Positions 36,525-46,467 of a stretch of DNA of 64,000 nt are shown here, in pieces. The translations under genes and the position numbers were made by a program. Source of the stretch: a virus. The stretch spans positions 8,813-72,812 of IMG/VR virus record IMGVR_UViG_3300045141_000181; one strand, given 5' to 3'. Numbering within the stretch: position 1 is the stretch's first letter; each line of letters starts with the position of its first letter. The notes under the pieces were generated by a model that was not told the DNA's origin, did not search any database, and saw only the letters and a list, made by a program, of their open reading frames with translations.

Positions 36525-37813
36525 TTGATCTCCGTAGGCTGATAAGGACCGGGGAATACGATATTTTTCTTAACGAAGATCTCGAAATTGTCGCCCGGGC
36601 GGATCTTGATAGTTGGCTGAATATTTAGATTCTTGCTTGTGATCTGCTGCCCGACCGTAGCCGCTTGCTGGGCGATTGCGGCACTGGCTATCTGCGCGTT
36701 TGACGGATAGGCCAATACACCGCCAGCGCCGCCGTTTGCATGATTCTGCGAAATCTGGAGACCAGCCGCAAACAAAGAACTGAGAGCCACTCCGCCAATT
36801 AAACGTTTATAGTGGTTATCCACTTGATCTTTTAACCCGGCTGAACCATCGGCGGAATGGCCCGGAAATCTAGCCAGATCGACATACGATCCGTCGGGAA
36901 ACCGCAGATACGTCCATGCGATCTGAACCCTGTTCTGGCCATACGACACTGACGAATTGTATTCGCCAGCGAGAAGCGATCCTGCGGGAATCATGACGTA
37001 CCTGTGTGTCGGCGTATCGTATACGTCGCGCTTCACCATTGCGATAAGATCACCCGGCAAATCAGACACAACCTTGTTGGGCAGACCGGCCGGAATAACC
37101 TCTCCCTTTTCGACAATCCAGCGGCTCAAGGGCGCGATGCGTGTTGTCTTCATGTAGTCGTCGGTGTCGGCAGGTTCAGAGTTAAACTTGCGCTTTTGCT
37201 CCTGTCCATTAGGATCATCTTCCATGGCTTGCTGGTTAGCTTGAGGCGCACCGGAAGGCCCCACCTGACCAGCCAGTGAGCGGATGCGATCCACCTCTGC
37301 TTGGTAAGGATCTTGCGGCGCCACTTGCGGCTGTGACTGCGCCTTGCTGGTTGCTCCCGTTGGCGCTTCCAGTGCTGCTTGATGGCGCTCGTATTGATGC
37401 GCTAATTCCTGCGCCTTTATGGTTTCCGCTGGGCTTTGCCTTCCGGCTTCCGCATCATACGGTGGCACATACGAAGGCGCATAATACGGAGTCGGTGCTG
37501 GCTGATTGGCTGGTATATGCGCGACGACGGGCGTGACTGTTGGACTGGGCTCAGCGAGCGTACTGGCCGGTTGACTGTTTGGCCCGTCCGTCTGTCCACC
37601 CCGGACTTGGGGGCGGTTACTCACTGCCGCATCTCCAGCCGCAACATGCTCTTGTGCGGCGTGCTTTCGCTCCTCTTTCTGTTTGATGCGTACGTGAAAG
37701 CCCCAGATCACCACCACAACCAAGAGGATTATCAGGGCTACGCCAGTAGCCAGTAACCGGCCCGATACCGTGCGCTGGATCATCGGAATGCGCCCCCGAA
37801 GATTGATCGCCAT
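36521..37813 (-). CDS. trbI: T4SS core protein TrbI/VirB10
   Basis: N-terminal TM, Pro-rich linker, SDLPG, IPAGSLLAGEY, GSAGLKDQVDNHY, NIQPTIKIRPG. Confidence 0.95.
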   Translation of the reverse strand: MAINLRGRIPMIQRTVSGRLLATGVALIILLVVVVIWGFHVRIKQKEERKHAAQEHVAAGDAAVSNRPQVRGGQTDGPNSQPASTLAEPSPTVTPVVAHIPANQPAPTPYYAPSYVPPYDAEAGRQSPAETIKAQELAHQYERHQAALEAPTGATSKAQSQPQVAPQDPYQAEVDRIRSLAGQVGPSGAPQANQQAMEDDPNGQEQKRKFNSEPADTDDYMKTTRIAPLSRWIVEKGEVIPAGLPNKVVSDLPGDLIAMVKRDVYDTPTHRYVMIPAGSLLAGEYNSSVSYGQNRVQIAWTYLRFPDGSYVDLARFPGHSADGSAGLKDQVDNHYKRLIGGVALSSLFAAGLQISQNHANGGAGGVLAYPSNAQIASAAIAQQAATVGQQITSKNLNIQPTIKIRPGDNFEIFVKKNIVFPGPYQPTEIK

Positions 37814-38808
37814 TAGTTGGCCGCTCCCTTCAATCCGTTGTTTTTGATGCAGGCCCGTTGCTGCTTTTTACCTACGCCTTCCAGTAGGCAGGCATTTTCA
37901 AAGAGAGCATCTACAATGAGTTCGTTACCCGCTTCCCAGTGCATATTTGCCGGAATGGTCCCCTGCGCATCTTTGATCTCGATTACCGGCAAGCCACGAT
38001 AGCGGGCCTCGTCCGACATCTTTATGTGCGTGTGGATTCCGTCATCGCCAATCTGAATCGGCTTCATGAATTGTGCATCTTTGCCGTGCAGTTCGACCGT
38101 ATAATCCCAGTTCTTAATTGGGCCTACCGTATTCAACTGGGCGAGCTTTTCGGCCTCTAACTTTTGCCGTTCTGCGGCTTCAACCTGCGCCGCCGCTTCT
38201 GCTTTCTTTCGGGCCGCTTCCTCGTCTGGGTAGGAGAAGGCAACCCGCGCCATATGCTCGGCCGATGTGGAAATTAGGCGGATGTAGTAGGACCGGCGAT
38301 CTGTGCCGATCGTCAGTGTCGTATCGAGTCCCACCTGGGTAGGTTTAACCACCACATAAACGAACTGATTGGAGCCGGATCCAGCGGTGCGGCTAGCAAT
38401 CTGCCAGCGCGTATCTCCCCAATCCAGTGCGTCAGCGGTTAGCTTCTCCCCCGGCTCCAGATCTACTTCGCACACCTGGAGAATGGCGCATACTACGGTT
38501 GGCAGGATCTGGCCGTACCTGAAAAGCACTCGGCCACTCTTTGCTTCTGGCAGGGGGCCGTTATTGAGCCATTCTCTTGATAGATTTAGAGCCGTGCGCG
38601 CGGCTGGCGTCAAGACCAGTTGCCGCTCAACCGTTACCGTGTCCAGCGTTGCCTCGGGCGCGGGTTTCTTTTTTCGGCTCTTGGCGTCGGGCGCGTCCTC
38701 AACGATACGCTTGGCTTGCAGATAAACATCTGGCCCCGGCATCGGAGGCGCGGGCTGTTGTGCTACGCCTAACAGCGAACACGCTAAGAATAGAATTGAT
38801 AGCTTCAT
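37813..38808 (-). CDS. trbG: T4SS core protein TrbG/VirB9
   Basis: Signal peptide; FRYGQILPTVVCA...LEPGE...GDTRW...VVKP...TDRRSY; start revised to MKLSILF. Confidence 0.92.
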   Translation of the reverse strand: MKLSILFLACSLLGVAQQPAPPMPGPDVYLQAKRIVEDAPDAKSRKKKPAPEATLDTVTVERQLVLTPAARTALNLSREWLNNGPLPEAKSGRVLFRYGQILPTVVCAILQVCEVDLEPGEKLTADALDWGDTRWQIASRTAGSGSNQFVYVVVKPTQVGLDTTLTIGTDRRSYYIRLISTSAEHMARVAFSYPDEEAARKKAEAAAQVEAAERQKLEAEKLAQLNTVGPIKNWDYTVELHGKDAQFMKPIQIGDDGIHTHIKMSDEARYRGLPVIEIKDAQGTIPANMHWEAGNELIVDALFENACLLEGVGKKQQRACIKNNGLKGAAN

Positions 38809-38819
38809 GTTTCCTTCCC

Positions 38820-39533
38820 TTACTGAACCGGCTCGGCTTGCAACTCGGTAATGAGAATGCCTAGCGGGTTTTCTTCGCGGGCCTTCTCGGCCGTGGGGAT
38901 GCGAATCGAGTAGACGATACGCGCTCGCCATGACTTCTGAGCCGTCACTTCGCCGCTGGTAGATGTTGTCGTCTCGGTCCACCAGATCCCATACGTGTGT
39001 TGGCCTTCGACATCGTAGGTCTTGTACTGCACCGTTACGAGGTGCCCGTCGTCGGCAGCCTTGATTGGATCGTGCTCTTGATACCACGTCGCCACAACCC
39101 GCTTGGCTTGGCTGGCATCGCCGAGATAAGAGAAGCTCCTATCCCATGCGGTTGCTTGCGCGGTGCGGTCGCTCGTTACCGTGCGCCATGACTCAATGAA
39201 CCGCTTGAGAGATTGGACCTTAACCGCGTCCCATGTTGCAGCATCCATATCCGCAGGCTTGGTCGGCCCGGAATAGGAGACTTGATTAGCCGCATCTCGC
39301 TGTAGCACATATACGTCGGTCTTTGACAGCGTAGCCACATGCCAGAGGGCGGCGACCAGTGCGGCAACGATCCCTATCAGCCCGAAAGCCGCCAGCATCC
39401 AGTTGCGCCTACCGGCCGCAAGGTTGCTCCATGACTCTTCCCATGCGCGTGCGGCGAGCTTTGACCGAATCGCCGGGTCCTTATCGGCAGACTCTGCCTT
39501 GGTTCTTTGAAGTGTTTCTAGAGTGTGTGCCAT
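38820..39533 (-). CDS. trbF: T4SS inner-membrane protein TrbF/VirB8
   Basis: RRNW + TM helix, FIESWRTVTSD, ENPLGI. Confidence 0.93.
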   Translation of the reverse strand: MAHTLETLQRTKAESADKDPAIRSKLAARAWEESWSNLAAGRRNWMLAAFGLIGIVAALVAALWHVATLSKTDVYVLQRDAANQVSYSGPTKPADMDAATWDAVKVQSLKRFIESWRTVTSDRTAQATAWDRSFSYLGDASQAKRVVATWYQEHDPIKAADDGHLVTVQYKTYDVEGQHTYGIWWTETTTSTSGEVTAQKSWRARIVYSIRIPTAEKAREENPLGILITELQAEPVQ

Positions 39534-39541
39534 ATTTTTCC

Positions 39542-40759
39542 CTAATGATTGAATCCGTTGAATCTTGGCGTGCTACCGCCCGCGCCGGAATGCGGCATGC
39601 GGGCCGCTGAATTGACCGCAACCTGCGCCATGCTGACAGCGCCGCGCGCCATAGCTCCTGATGCTGCCGAGCGACCGCCACCAGGGGACACTTGCGGTGT
39701 TTCATTACCGCCCGATGGTGAGCCACCCGGCGCTACTCCATTAACAGAGTTCGCTGCACTGGCAGCACCAGAGACCGCACCACCTACCGCTGCCGTAGCG
39801 CCGCCGCTGGCGAACCCTGCCGCCACCATTGCCCCGGACACTGCGGCGCCTATTGCTGGCGCGACAAAGCTCAACATGTCGCTATGGCTAAGGTTTGGAG
39901 AGCCACCCAGTAGACCGGCAATGTGCGACGGCAGAAACCAGCAGACCGATGCGTACAGAACTGCACCGGCCGCGATCAGATAGGAAGCCTGCACACCGGC
40001 CTGAGTGAATGGGATGGCTTGCGCTGCCGCTATCCAGGAATTCGTCATCATCCAGCCCGCACCGATGAGCAAATACATCATCATCAGGCGGATTCCTGCC
40101 CCGAACGAATACGCGAAGTATCGCTCAACATACGAACTGGTATAGCCAGATCCGCCGAACCCCAGGAACAAGACACCCGCACCAAGCGCGACGAACGTTT
40201 GTACTTTGGCGATTATGAATTGTATGGTGATGACCAAAAAGCACGCGATGATCACCGTCCCGGCAAACACAAGCGCATGCGCTGTGGCGATATCGGCCAT
40301 CAAGCCGTGCTTGAATGCTTCCCATAGCAGCTTGCCGAATATCTTGAAGCCCTGGAGAAGCACTACTGACGGAGCTATAGAGGGCACCCCGCTTGCAGCT
40401 TTGCCGATCTGCACAAAGCTGTTGATAATCGCGCCCATCCATGTGCCAGCATTCATCAGTAGGGCCAAAAACATTCCAATCATCAGAATTTTGTTGGTAG
40501 CAGTGAAGATTACGCTTCGGATATCCTGCCCATTCCATGTACGCCACAGCGTCCAACCCAGAAAGGCCATTTCCAGGCCTGCCAACGCCCAAAAAATCTC
40601 AAATGCGAATGGAGAGATGGACGTGAACCATACAGTGGATACTTGCTCAATTGCCTGAGTAAGCGAGGACGGATCAGAGATGACCGGCGCGGACGGAGGG
40701 CCGAATTGCCCAAACAATACTGGCGCTAATAACAGGCCGAGCAAAAGGCGTTTATTCAT
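39542..40759 (-). CDS. trbL: T4SS polytopic protein TrbL/VirB6
   Basis: Multiple TM helices, FLGFGGS, LPSHIAGLLGG, G/A-rich tail. Confidence 0.92.
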   Translation of the reverse strand: MNKRLLLGLLLAPVLFGQFGPPSAPVISDPSSLTQAIEQVSTVWFTSISPFAFEIFWALAGLEMAFLGWTLWRTWNGQDIRSVIFTATNKILMIGMFLALLMNAGTWMGAIINSFVQIGKAASGVPSIAPSVVLLQGFKIFGKLLWEAFKHGLMADIATAHALVFAGTVIIACFLVITIQFIIAKVQTFVALGAGVLFLGFGGSGYTSSYVERYFAYSFGAGIRLMMMYLLIGAGWMMTNSWIAAAQAIPFTQAGVQASYLIAAGAVLYASVCWFLPSHIAGLLGGSPNLSHSDMLSFVAPAIGAAVSGAMVAAGFASGGATAAVGGAVSGAASAANSVNGVAPGGSPSGGNETPQVSPGGGRSAASGAMARGAVSMAQVAVNSAARMPHSGAGGSTPRFNGFNH

Positions 40760-40764
40760 TGGAG

Positions 40765-41085
40765 TTACCACGCCCGCGATCTGTCGGCGAGCGGTTCAGG
40801 TGCCGGGGTAGCCATCATTGCGGCGCGGCAGACGGTGCCTTCAGAACTGCGCCCCCAACTTGCTGTAGCGTTCAATTGCCGCTGCTGGCATGCCGTAGAA
40901 ATCTCCGTTGCCAGCGTGGGACGATTGGCGAACCACGTTCCCAGACTCAAGGCGTCAAAGGTGGACAGATCCCCAGCACCCGCCGCCTCAACCCGGCGCA
41001 CGATTGCCGATTGCTGAGCGTTCGGGTCATAGCAACCGATCAAGGAAATTATTCCCAGCATGGCTACACCTAGCCGACTAAACAT
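40765..41085 (-). CDS. Lipoprotein, candidate TrbK-like entry exclusion protein
   Basis: Lipobox LIGC; lies between trbJ and trbL; C-terminus ADRSRAW mirrors TrbJ ADTRAW. Confidence 0.65.
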   Translation of the reverse strand: MFSRLGVAMLGIISLIGCYDPNAQQSAIVRRVEAAGAGDLSTFDALSLGTWFANRPTLATEISTACQQRQLNATASWGRSSEGTVCRAAMMATPAPEPLADRSRAW

Positions 41086-41353
41086 GCGTGGCCTCCGTAT
41101 CAGTGCAGGCGAGTTTGGTCTCCGATATGACCGGTGGTGCTCCGCAAAACATGTATACTAAGCTCACCACCACGACCTGCATAACGGCAAACGCATTGCC
41201 GAATAGACGCACATCGGCTTCATAAGCGGCGGGCAAATCCCCAAACTTCAGAACCGCCCAGCACACACATAATGGCCATATTGCTACAACCAGAAGCCCT
41301 ATCACGTGCCTATATCTAGAGACAAATGATGCCGCTATCTTTATAGTTTTCAT
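41078..41353 (-). CDS. Small two-TM membrane protein inserted in trb operon
   Basis: Two hydrophobic segments. Confidence 0.6.
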   Translation of the reverse strand: MKTIKIAASFVSRYRHVIGLLVVAIWPLCVCWAVLKFGDLPAAYEADVRLFGNAFAVMQVVVVSLVYMFCGAPPVISETKLACTDTEATHV

Positions 41354-41359
41354 ATTGCC

Positions 41360-42085
41360 TTACCATGCCCTCGTATCTGCTGAAATGCTGCTCGGGTCGC
41401 CAAACCCAGAAGTGGCCGCCTGAATCTGTGCCTGCTGGGTATTAATCTGCTGTGCCGAAATAGCGGCCTTGGCTGCCATGTCAGCAGCAAAGAGTGCGCG
41501 CAGCTTCATGAGTTGAGCGACCGTTTCTGTGCCTACCGAAACGCCGAGCTGCAGACTTTGATTGCGTCCCTGCGGAGTAACCATTAGCGCTTGAATCCGC
41601 GCCATGAATTGCTGATCGTTGGCTAAGCTGTTACCCTGCATTCCGGCCGTATTGGCCACGCCCTGAATGGTCTTTAGTGCGGTATCTGACCAAGTGTTGT
41701 ATGCCGTAGCGTAAGTTTGCGTGCCTGTAGAAGCAAACGGTACGTAGACCGCGCGGAATTGATTGTCCATCTGCGCAAAGTCAAGCGCTAAGCCGCGCGA
41801 CTGCTGCAAGATACTTCCAAAACTTGAAATATCCGCCAAGATGTTCGTGCTCGGATGTTGCGCCAGATCAACCCCTTCTCGCACCATGATTTGAGCCATT
41901 TGCACGGCATTTAACGCGGTTTGGGCCTCCTTCACGTAATTTGATAGAAGCTGGGCGTGGTTGAGAAGCTGGGTAATTTCTGATGCTGCTAGTGGGTTCC
42001 AGAACTGCGCCCGCGCTTCCTCTGCCGGAACAAGCAAGAGCGCTGCCGGAAGAATCACAAGTGGGAAAGTGGATAGTTTACGCAT
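41360..42085 (-). CDS. trbJ: TrbJ/VirB5 minor pilin
   Basis: Signal peptide, ASEITQLLN, QLMKLRAL, C-terminal Trp. Confidence 0.88.
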   Translation of the reverse strand: MRKLSTFPLVILPAALLLVPAEEARAQFWNPLAASEITQLLNHAQLLSNYVKEAQTALNAVQMAQIMVREGVDLAQHPSTNILADISSFGSILQQSRGLALDFAQMDNQFRAVYVPFASTGTQTYATAYNTWSDTALKTIQGVANTAGMQGNSLANDQQFMARIQALMVTPQGRNQSLQLGVSVGTETVAQLMKLRALFAADMAAKAAISAQQINTQQAQIQAATSGFGDPSSISADTRAW

Positions 42086-44570
42086 ACTGGGCCGTCTCCT
42101 TTTCGGCCAGATTAGAAATCTGCGAATAGTAGTCTGCCCATTCGTTGAGTCCTCGCGAGCGAAGCCAAGTGGCTACCCAGCCGTGCCCATTGCGAGCGAT
42201 CATATTGTCAACGCGAGCGCGATCCGCATCAGTGGATGCCGCCACAAACGACAATGTGAGCGCACCCAATTCCAGCGCGATAAGGCGCTTCCCGTCGGGC
42301 GACATCACGTAGTAGTCGGACTTCAGCTCTGCATGTGCGATCTTTTCACGGTCCAGCGAATTGCAGCCCATCGCCTCGTACGCCGCCGCGCCCTCCAGAA
42401 TTGCTTGCGGATTAGGCAGGCACACTTTCGTTAAGCATTGATCCAGAACCGCCGATTTCAGCGGAGAAGCGAAGACCTTGGACAATTCCTGAAGAACCAG
42501 CCAAACCGACATGTTGAGCTTTCGCCCCTCAAGCAGGAATTCCTCGAAGCATTTAGCGGCCATCGGATGCGATAGCGCCTCTCGGAATTCATCAACCGTA
42601 ACGAGAGTCGGAACGTCCGAGCGAAGGCGCTTGCGGATCTTGTGGAAGATATAAAACAGGGCTCCATTCATGGTCTTTTTGTCGAGACGATACAGTTCAT
42701 CCATCTCGAACACGACCATGCGGCTTAGCTCTAAATTATCCTTTTCCCCGTCAAGGATGCCACCGCAGTAGAACTTCAGCGCTTCCTTTACCTCAATCGA
42801 AGCCACGGCCATCCTAAAATCCGTAAGGGAGCGCCCGCCCTTGCTGCCCGCGAGCAATTGCAGCGCTTCCGCTACATCATTGCGGATATCTGGAGTTACC
42901 GTTAAGCCGTTCTGATCCAGAAGAAGCTCGATCCACTGAGATGCCCAATCTAGATCCCGCTTTGTCTCTAATTGCGCCAGCGGACAAAGCAGCGTCTCGC
43001 CTGAATCGGGGCTGATATCTATGAAGTCGCCACCCATCGCCTTCGTGAGCGTATAAAGGGCGCGCTTCTTATCGAATGCATATACCTGCGCGCCTGGGTA
43101 GCGGAACCACTGCGCGATAGAGAGCCCCAGCCATGTGGTCTTACCGCTGCCGGTCGGGCCGGTTATCAATTGATGGCCTACGTCTTTAACTAATGGATGG
43201 AAGCGATACGCGCTGCCACCACTCGTAACCGCATGAAAGAGTGGTGGAGACTTATATGGAAAGTATGGCGACGGGCAAAACTCCAAGCCACGGAATGGTG
43301 CCGACAATGGCATCATATGCACTAAGTTTTCCGTAGTCACGATAAACGTGCGCGGGTCCTTGTACTGCTGTCCTGGAAATGTAGCCAGCCATGCCGCTAC
43401 CGCGTTGGTGGTCTCGACCCGACAAGAAAATCCGCAATTCTGGCGAATAACCCTTGTGATGGCCTGGGCCGCTTCGCGCAAACGCTCCACGCTTGACTCC
43501 ATAACTATGACCTTGCCCGAATACCGCACCGAGACCTCGCGTCCATGCTCTGCGAGATTCATGGCGCGCAACGCATCGCCCTCCAACTCAGCGGCTACCG
43601 TATCCGCAAGCTCCGGGGATGCATTCTGCATCAATTTGCTCTTGATGGAGGTCTTTTTGCTTTTCCACTTTCCCTTGTTCGCCTCATGCGCTTTCGTGGC
43701 TTCCTGCGCGTCCATGAGAGCACCCTGCTGGCAGAAGCGGAAATCATAAGGGATGGAGTCCAGTTCGCGCATAATACCGGCAAAGCTTAACTGTGGGAAT
43801 CCATCTATCGCGATGACACAGATGCGCTTTCCGGGGACCAGTTCATTCATTGGATCGCCCAGCTCCGGCTCCCCGCCACCCGTGAAATCATCCGCGGCCA
43901 AATATTGATTCAGGTGCGCCGGAACGTCTGGGATAGCGAATGGGAATTCTTCTCCACAGATACACCAGCGCACGTATTCCAGAAGCTCATCGCAGACCAT
44001 AGTGGCCTCGCCTACGCGCTTCTCATAACTCTTGAGACGGCGCACGCCGGGAAGATTCGCCCGCAGAAGTGAATCGATCTCGGATACCTTCTTTCCAAAT
44101 ACTGCGAGGTCTTTTTCATCAGATCCGCCGCCCTGCGTTGCGTCGAATAGAAACCGGGCGGCTTTCGCTGATCCTCCCGCGCCAGCCTCATACGAGACAG
44201 CCATAAAATAGCGGCTGAGTCTCGTTCCGCTTTCGTCGGCCAGCATATAGCGATTGCGGCGCTCATGGTCGATCATGTGCGAGACCGCATCGGGCCAGTC
44301 GGCACTTGGTGAATACTCCGACTTCTGGGAACGGATTAAATCGCAATGAATCGTCCAGCCCTTCCCCATGCGCAACTTACTAGACATGCGCTTGGCGATC
44401 TGCCAGCACTCCTCAATGGGCAGTGCGTCCATATCCGGACCCCAGAATTCCCATGCGGCCACAAGCACATTCGTAGATAGAAGCAGCACGCCATCGTCCG
44501 CAAGCGCGAAGTAGTCAATCAGGTCTGACAGACCATTAGCGTTTTTTCTGGCTTCAGCCTGAATAAACAT
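42078..44570 (-). CDS. trbE: T4SS ATPase TrbE/VirB4
   Basis: DVGHQLITGPTGSGKTT, AFDK, VDEF, GRKLN, LPNP motifs. Confidence 0.96.
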   Translation of the reverse strand: MFIQAEARKNANGLSDLIDYFALADDGVLLLSTNVLVAAWEFWGPDMDALPIEECWQIAKRMSSKLRMGKGWTIHCDLIRSQKSEYSPSADWPDAVSHMIDHERRNRYMLADESGTRLSRYFMAVSYEAGAGGSAKAARFLFDATQGGGSDEKDLAVFGKKVSEIDSLLRANLPGVRRLKSYEKRVGEATMVCDELLEYVRWCICGEEFPFAIPDVPAHLNQYLAADDFTGGGEPELGDPMNELVPGKRICVIAIDGFPQLSFAGIMRELDSIPYDFRFCQQGALMDAQEATKAHEANKGKWKSKKTSIKSKLMQNASPELADTVAAELEGDALRAMNLAEHGREVSVRYSGKVIVMESSVERLREAAQAITRVIRQNCGFSCRVETTNAVAAWLATFPGQQYKDPRTFIVTTENLVHMMPLSAPFRGLEFCPSPYFPYKSPPLFHAVTSGGSAYRFHPLVKDVGHQLITGPTGSGKTTWLGLSIAQWFRYPGAQVYAFDKKRALYTLTKAMGGDFIDISPDSGETLLCPLAQLETKRDLDWASQWIELLLDQNGLTVTPDIRNDVAEALQLLAGSKGGRSLTDFRMAVASIEVKEALKFYCGGILDGEKDNLELSRMVVFEMDELYRLDKKTMNGALFYIFHKIRKRLRSDVPTLVTVDEFREALSHPMAAKCFEEFLLEGRKLNMSVWLVLQELSKVFASPLKSAVLDQCLTKVCLPNPQAILEGAAAYEAMGCNSLDREKIAHAELKSDYYVMSPDGKRLIALELGALTLSFVAASTDADRARVDNMIARNGHGWVATWLRSRGLNEWADYYSQISNLAEKETAQYA

Positions 44571-44572
44571 TC

Positions 44573-44875
44573 TTAAGTTCTCCAGCGCTTCGCCCGGATC
44601 GGCTTAGCCGTCCAGAATCCTCGGTTGTAGCGTTGCGAATTGTGGTGGACCTCGATGAGGCGTGGGTCATCCTTAGCCATTTCTTGGAGCATTTTGCGGA
44701 GAAAAAAGAAAAGGCCAATCGACAGCCCAATCCCGTAACGATTGGGCACCGACAGCACCACCACCACGCACAATACCCCTACAAGCACTATCGCGGCCGG
44801 TTCGCACCCAACAAGTAAGTGTGTCCGATTAGACGACTCGTGGAACTTTGCGCAAAAGCTAGGGTGAATATCCAT
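44573..44875 (-). CDS. trbD: TrbD/VirB3
   Basis: SSNRTHLLVGCE + two TM helices + MAKDDP. Confidence 0.9.
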   Translation of the reverse strand: MDIHPSFCAKFHESSNRTHLLVGCEPAAIVLVGVLCVVVVLSVPNRYGIGLSIGLFFFLRKMLQEMAKDDPRLIEVHHNSQRYNRGFWTAKPIRAKRWRT

Positions 44876-44887
44876 TGGCCTTTTGAG

Positions 44888-45205
44888 TTAAATAATTGCG
44901 CCCTGGACGCCAGGGATAAAGCTGAGCAGTGAAGCGCTGCCCAAGGCGATTCCAGCAACCGCCAGAGTTCCCATTGCTCCGTTACCTACCGCGCCCATAT
45001 CGTGGTGGTGCCGATACCATGAGATCGCGCCAACCACCACCATGATTAGCGAGAGCCCATAAGCCAGAGGGCCAGCCACTTCGTTTGATAGCCCGAAAAT
45101 CGCTTCAGTGGCTACTAGCCTTCCACCACCGACAGCAAGCATGTGCGGGGCCGTTAGCAGGCTCGACAATATAAATCCAGAAGCACGTAATGCAAACTTT
45201 TTCAT
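44888..45205 (-). CDS. trbC: Conjugative pilin TrbC/VirB2
   Basis: Signal peptide, AGPLAY + two TM helices, C-terminal GAII tail like TraF-processed pilins; start revised to MKKFALR. Confidence 0.85.
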   Translation of the reverse strand: MKKFALRASGFILSSLLTAPHMLAVGGGRLVATEAIFGLSNEVAGPLAYGLSLIMVVVGAISWYRHHHDMGAVGNGAMGTLAVAGIALGSASLLSFIPGVQGAII

Positions 45206-45218
45206 CTCTAATTTCCTT

Positions 45219-46301
45219 TCAGACAAATCGATATGCGTAATCCTGTTTTTCTCGGTCGAATCCATCGATGAGCAGGATTTCGCGAACCTTTCGACCAGCG
45301 GAGACTCGGTCTTCGCCATCAATGAAAATCACCATGTTGATCGCTGACGCGATTCTTTCTCTGGTGGATGCCTCATGGCCACCCACCAAAGTCTCTAGCT
45401 TTCTAAGACCCTGTACGGCATCGTCAGCGTGGAGTGTAGCCAATCCACCCGAATGTCCCGTATTCCAAGCGCTTAATAGCGTGCGCGCTGGATGCTCCTC
45501 TCGCACTTCTCCAACCACGATGCGTTTCGGTATCAGGCGCAACGTCGTAGTTAGCAGTTCCGCTTGCGATATGTGCGCGGTTGACAATAACTGCACATGA
45601 TTAGGCAAACTGCATTGCAACTCGGGCGTGTCCTCGATTATTACGACCCGATCTCCCGGCGTGGATTCTAGCCAATCGTGAATCACGCTGTTCGCTGCGG
45701 TGGTTTTGCCGCTGCCTGTAGGCCCAACCATCAAAATATTCCTGCGATGACGATTGGCGGCTCGAATTACGTCAACGTGGTCAAGCGACGACGACTCCAT
45801 TTCTCGGCTGAACTCGTCGCGATTGCGTTTACTGTTGAGTGGATCGTCCTTTCGGGTTGTTATTCCGCCATCGTGCATATCCTGCAAAGAGAAGATTTTC
45901 TTCTGTCTGGTGCGGATGGCGAACACTGGAGATGTAACCACCGGGCTACATACCCCCTCTATTCGGTCCCCTGTCAACGGGAAGATTGTTTCCAGGATTG
46001 GGTGGTCATGATCAAATTGAATGCCGCGAACTGTTGCGATTCCAGAAAGCAGCAACGCGCTTGAGTTTGGCGGAAAATGATCCACACACATAAACCCATA
46101 ACCCAATCGATTTACCCACAGCCTAGAGTCTGCGTTCACCACCACATCAAGCGTTAACGGATCCTGAAGGAGTTCGACGATCGGACCAGCATGGCAAGCC
46201 AGATTGTGTAATTGCCGCCTCTCCTGGTCCGATGTCGTCTTCATAGATACTTTCGCTCCAATCGCAGATGTAACCGGTGTAGCCATCGCCTCATGATTCA
46301 T
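45219..46301 (-). CDS. trbB: T4SS traffic ATPase TrbB/VirB11
   Basis: GPTGSGKTT, IIEDTPEL, RIVVGEVR, WNTGHSGGLATLHA. Confidence 0.96.
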   Translation of the reverse strand: MNHEAMATPVTSAIGAKVSMKTTSDQERRQLHNLACHAGPIVELLQDPLTLDVVVNADSRLWVNRLGYGFMCVDHFPPNSSALLLSGIATVRGIQFDHDHPILETIFPLTGDRIEGVCSPVVTSPVFAIRTRQKKIFSLQDMHDGGITTRKDDPLNSKRNRDEFSREMESSSLDHVDVIRAANRHRRNILMVGPTGSGKTTAANSVIHDWLESTPGDRVVIIEDTPELQCSLPNHVQLLSTAHISQAELLTTTLRLIPKRIVVGEVREEHPARTLLSAWNTGHSGGLATLHADDAVQGLRKLETLVGGHEASTRERIASAINMVIFIDGEDRVSAGRKVREILLIDGFDREKQDYAYRFV

Positions 46302-46386
46302 TCCTTTTTGTTTTGCGCGGCGAGTGGTTGCCCGCCGCGCTATGTCGTCACCCTTTGGTTTTAAGTACTATCTCCTCCTAGTTCAT

Positions 46387-46415
46387 ACTGTACACATTTT
46401 TGTTTACACTGTCAA
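46387..46415 (-). promoter_or_regulatory. Putative trb operon promoter
   Basis: Minus strand TTGACA-N17-TACAGT with TACAC repeats in and around the spacer. Confidence 0.7.
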
Positions 46416-46467
46416 CCATTATCTTGTATAATTCTTTGTAGATAATGGATTACACTTATGCCAAGGG

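Noticed and set aside
46305-46340. Intrinsic terminator before trbB
   Set aside because: The hairpin is followed by A-rich, not U-rich, sequence in the trb direction; kept only as a leader structure.
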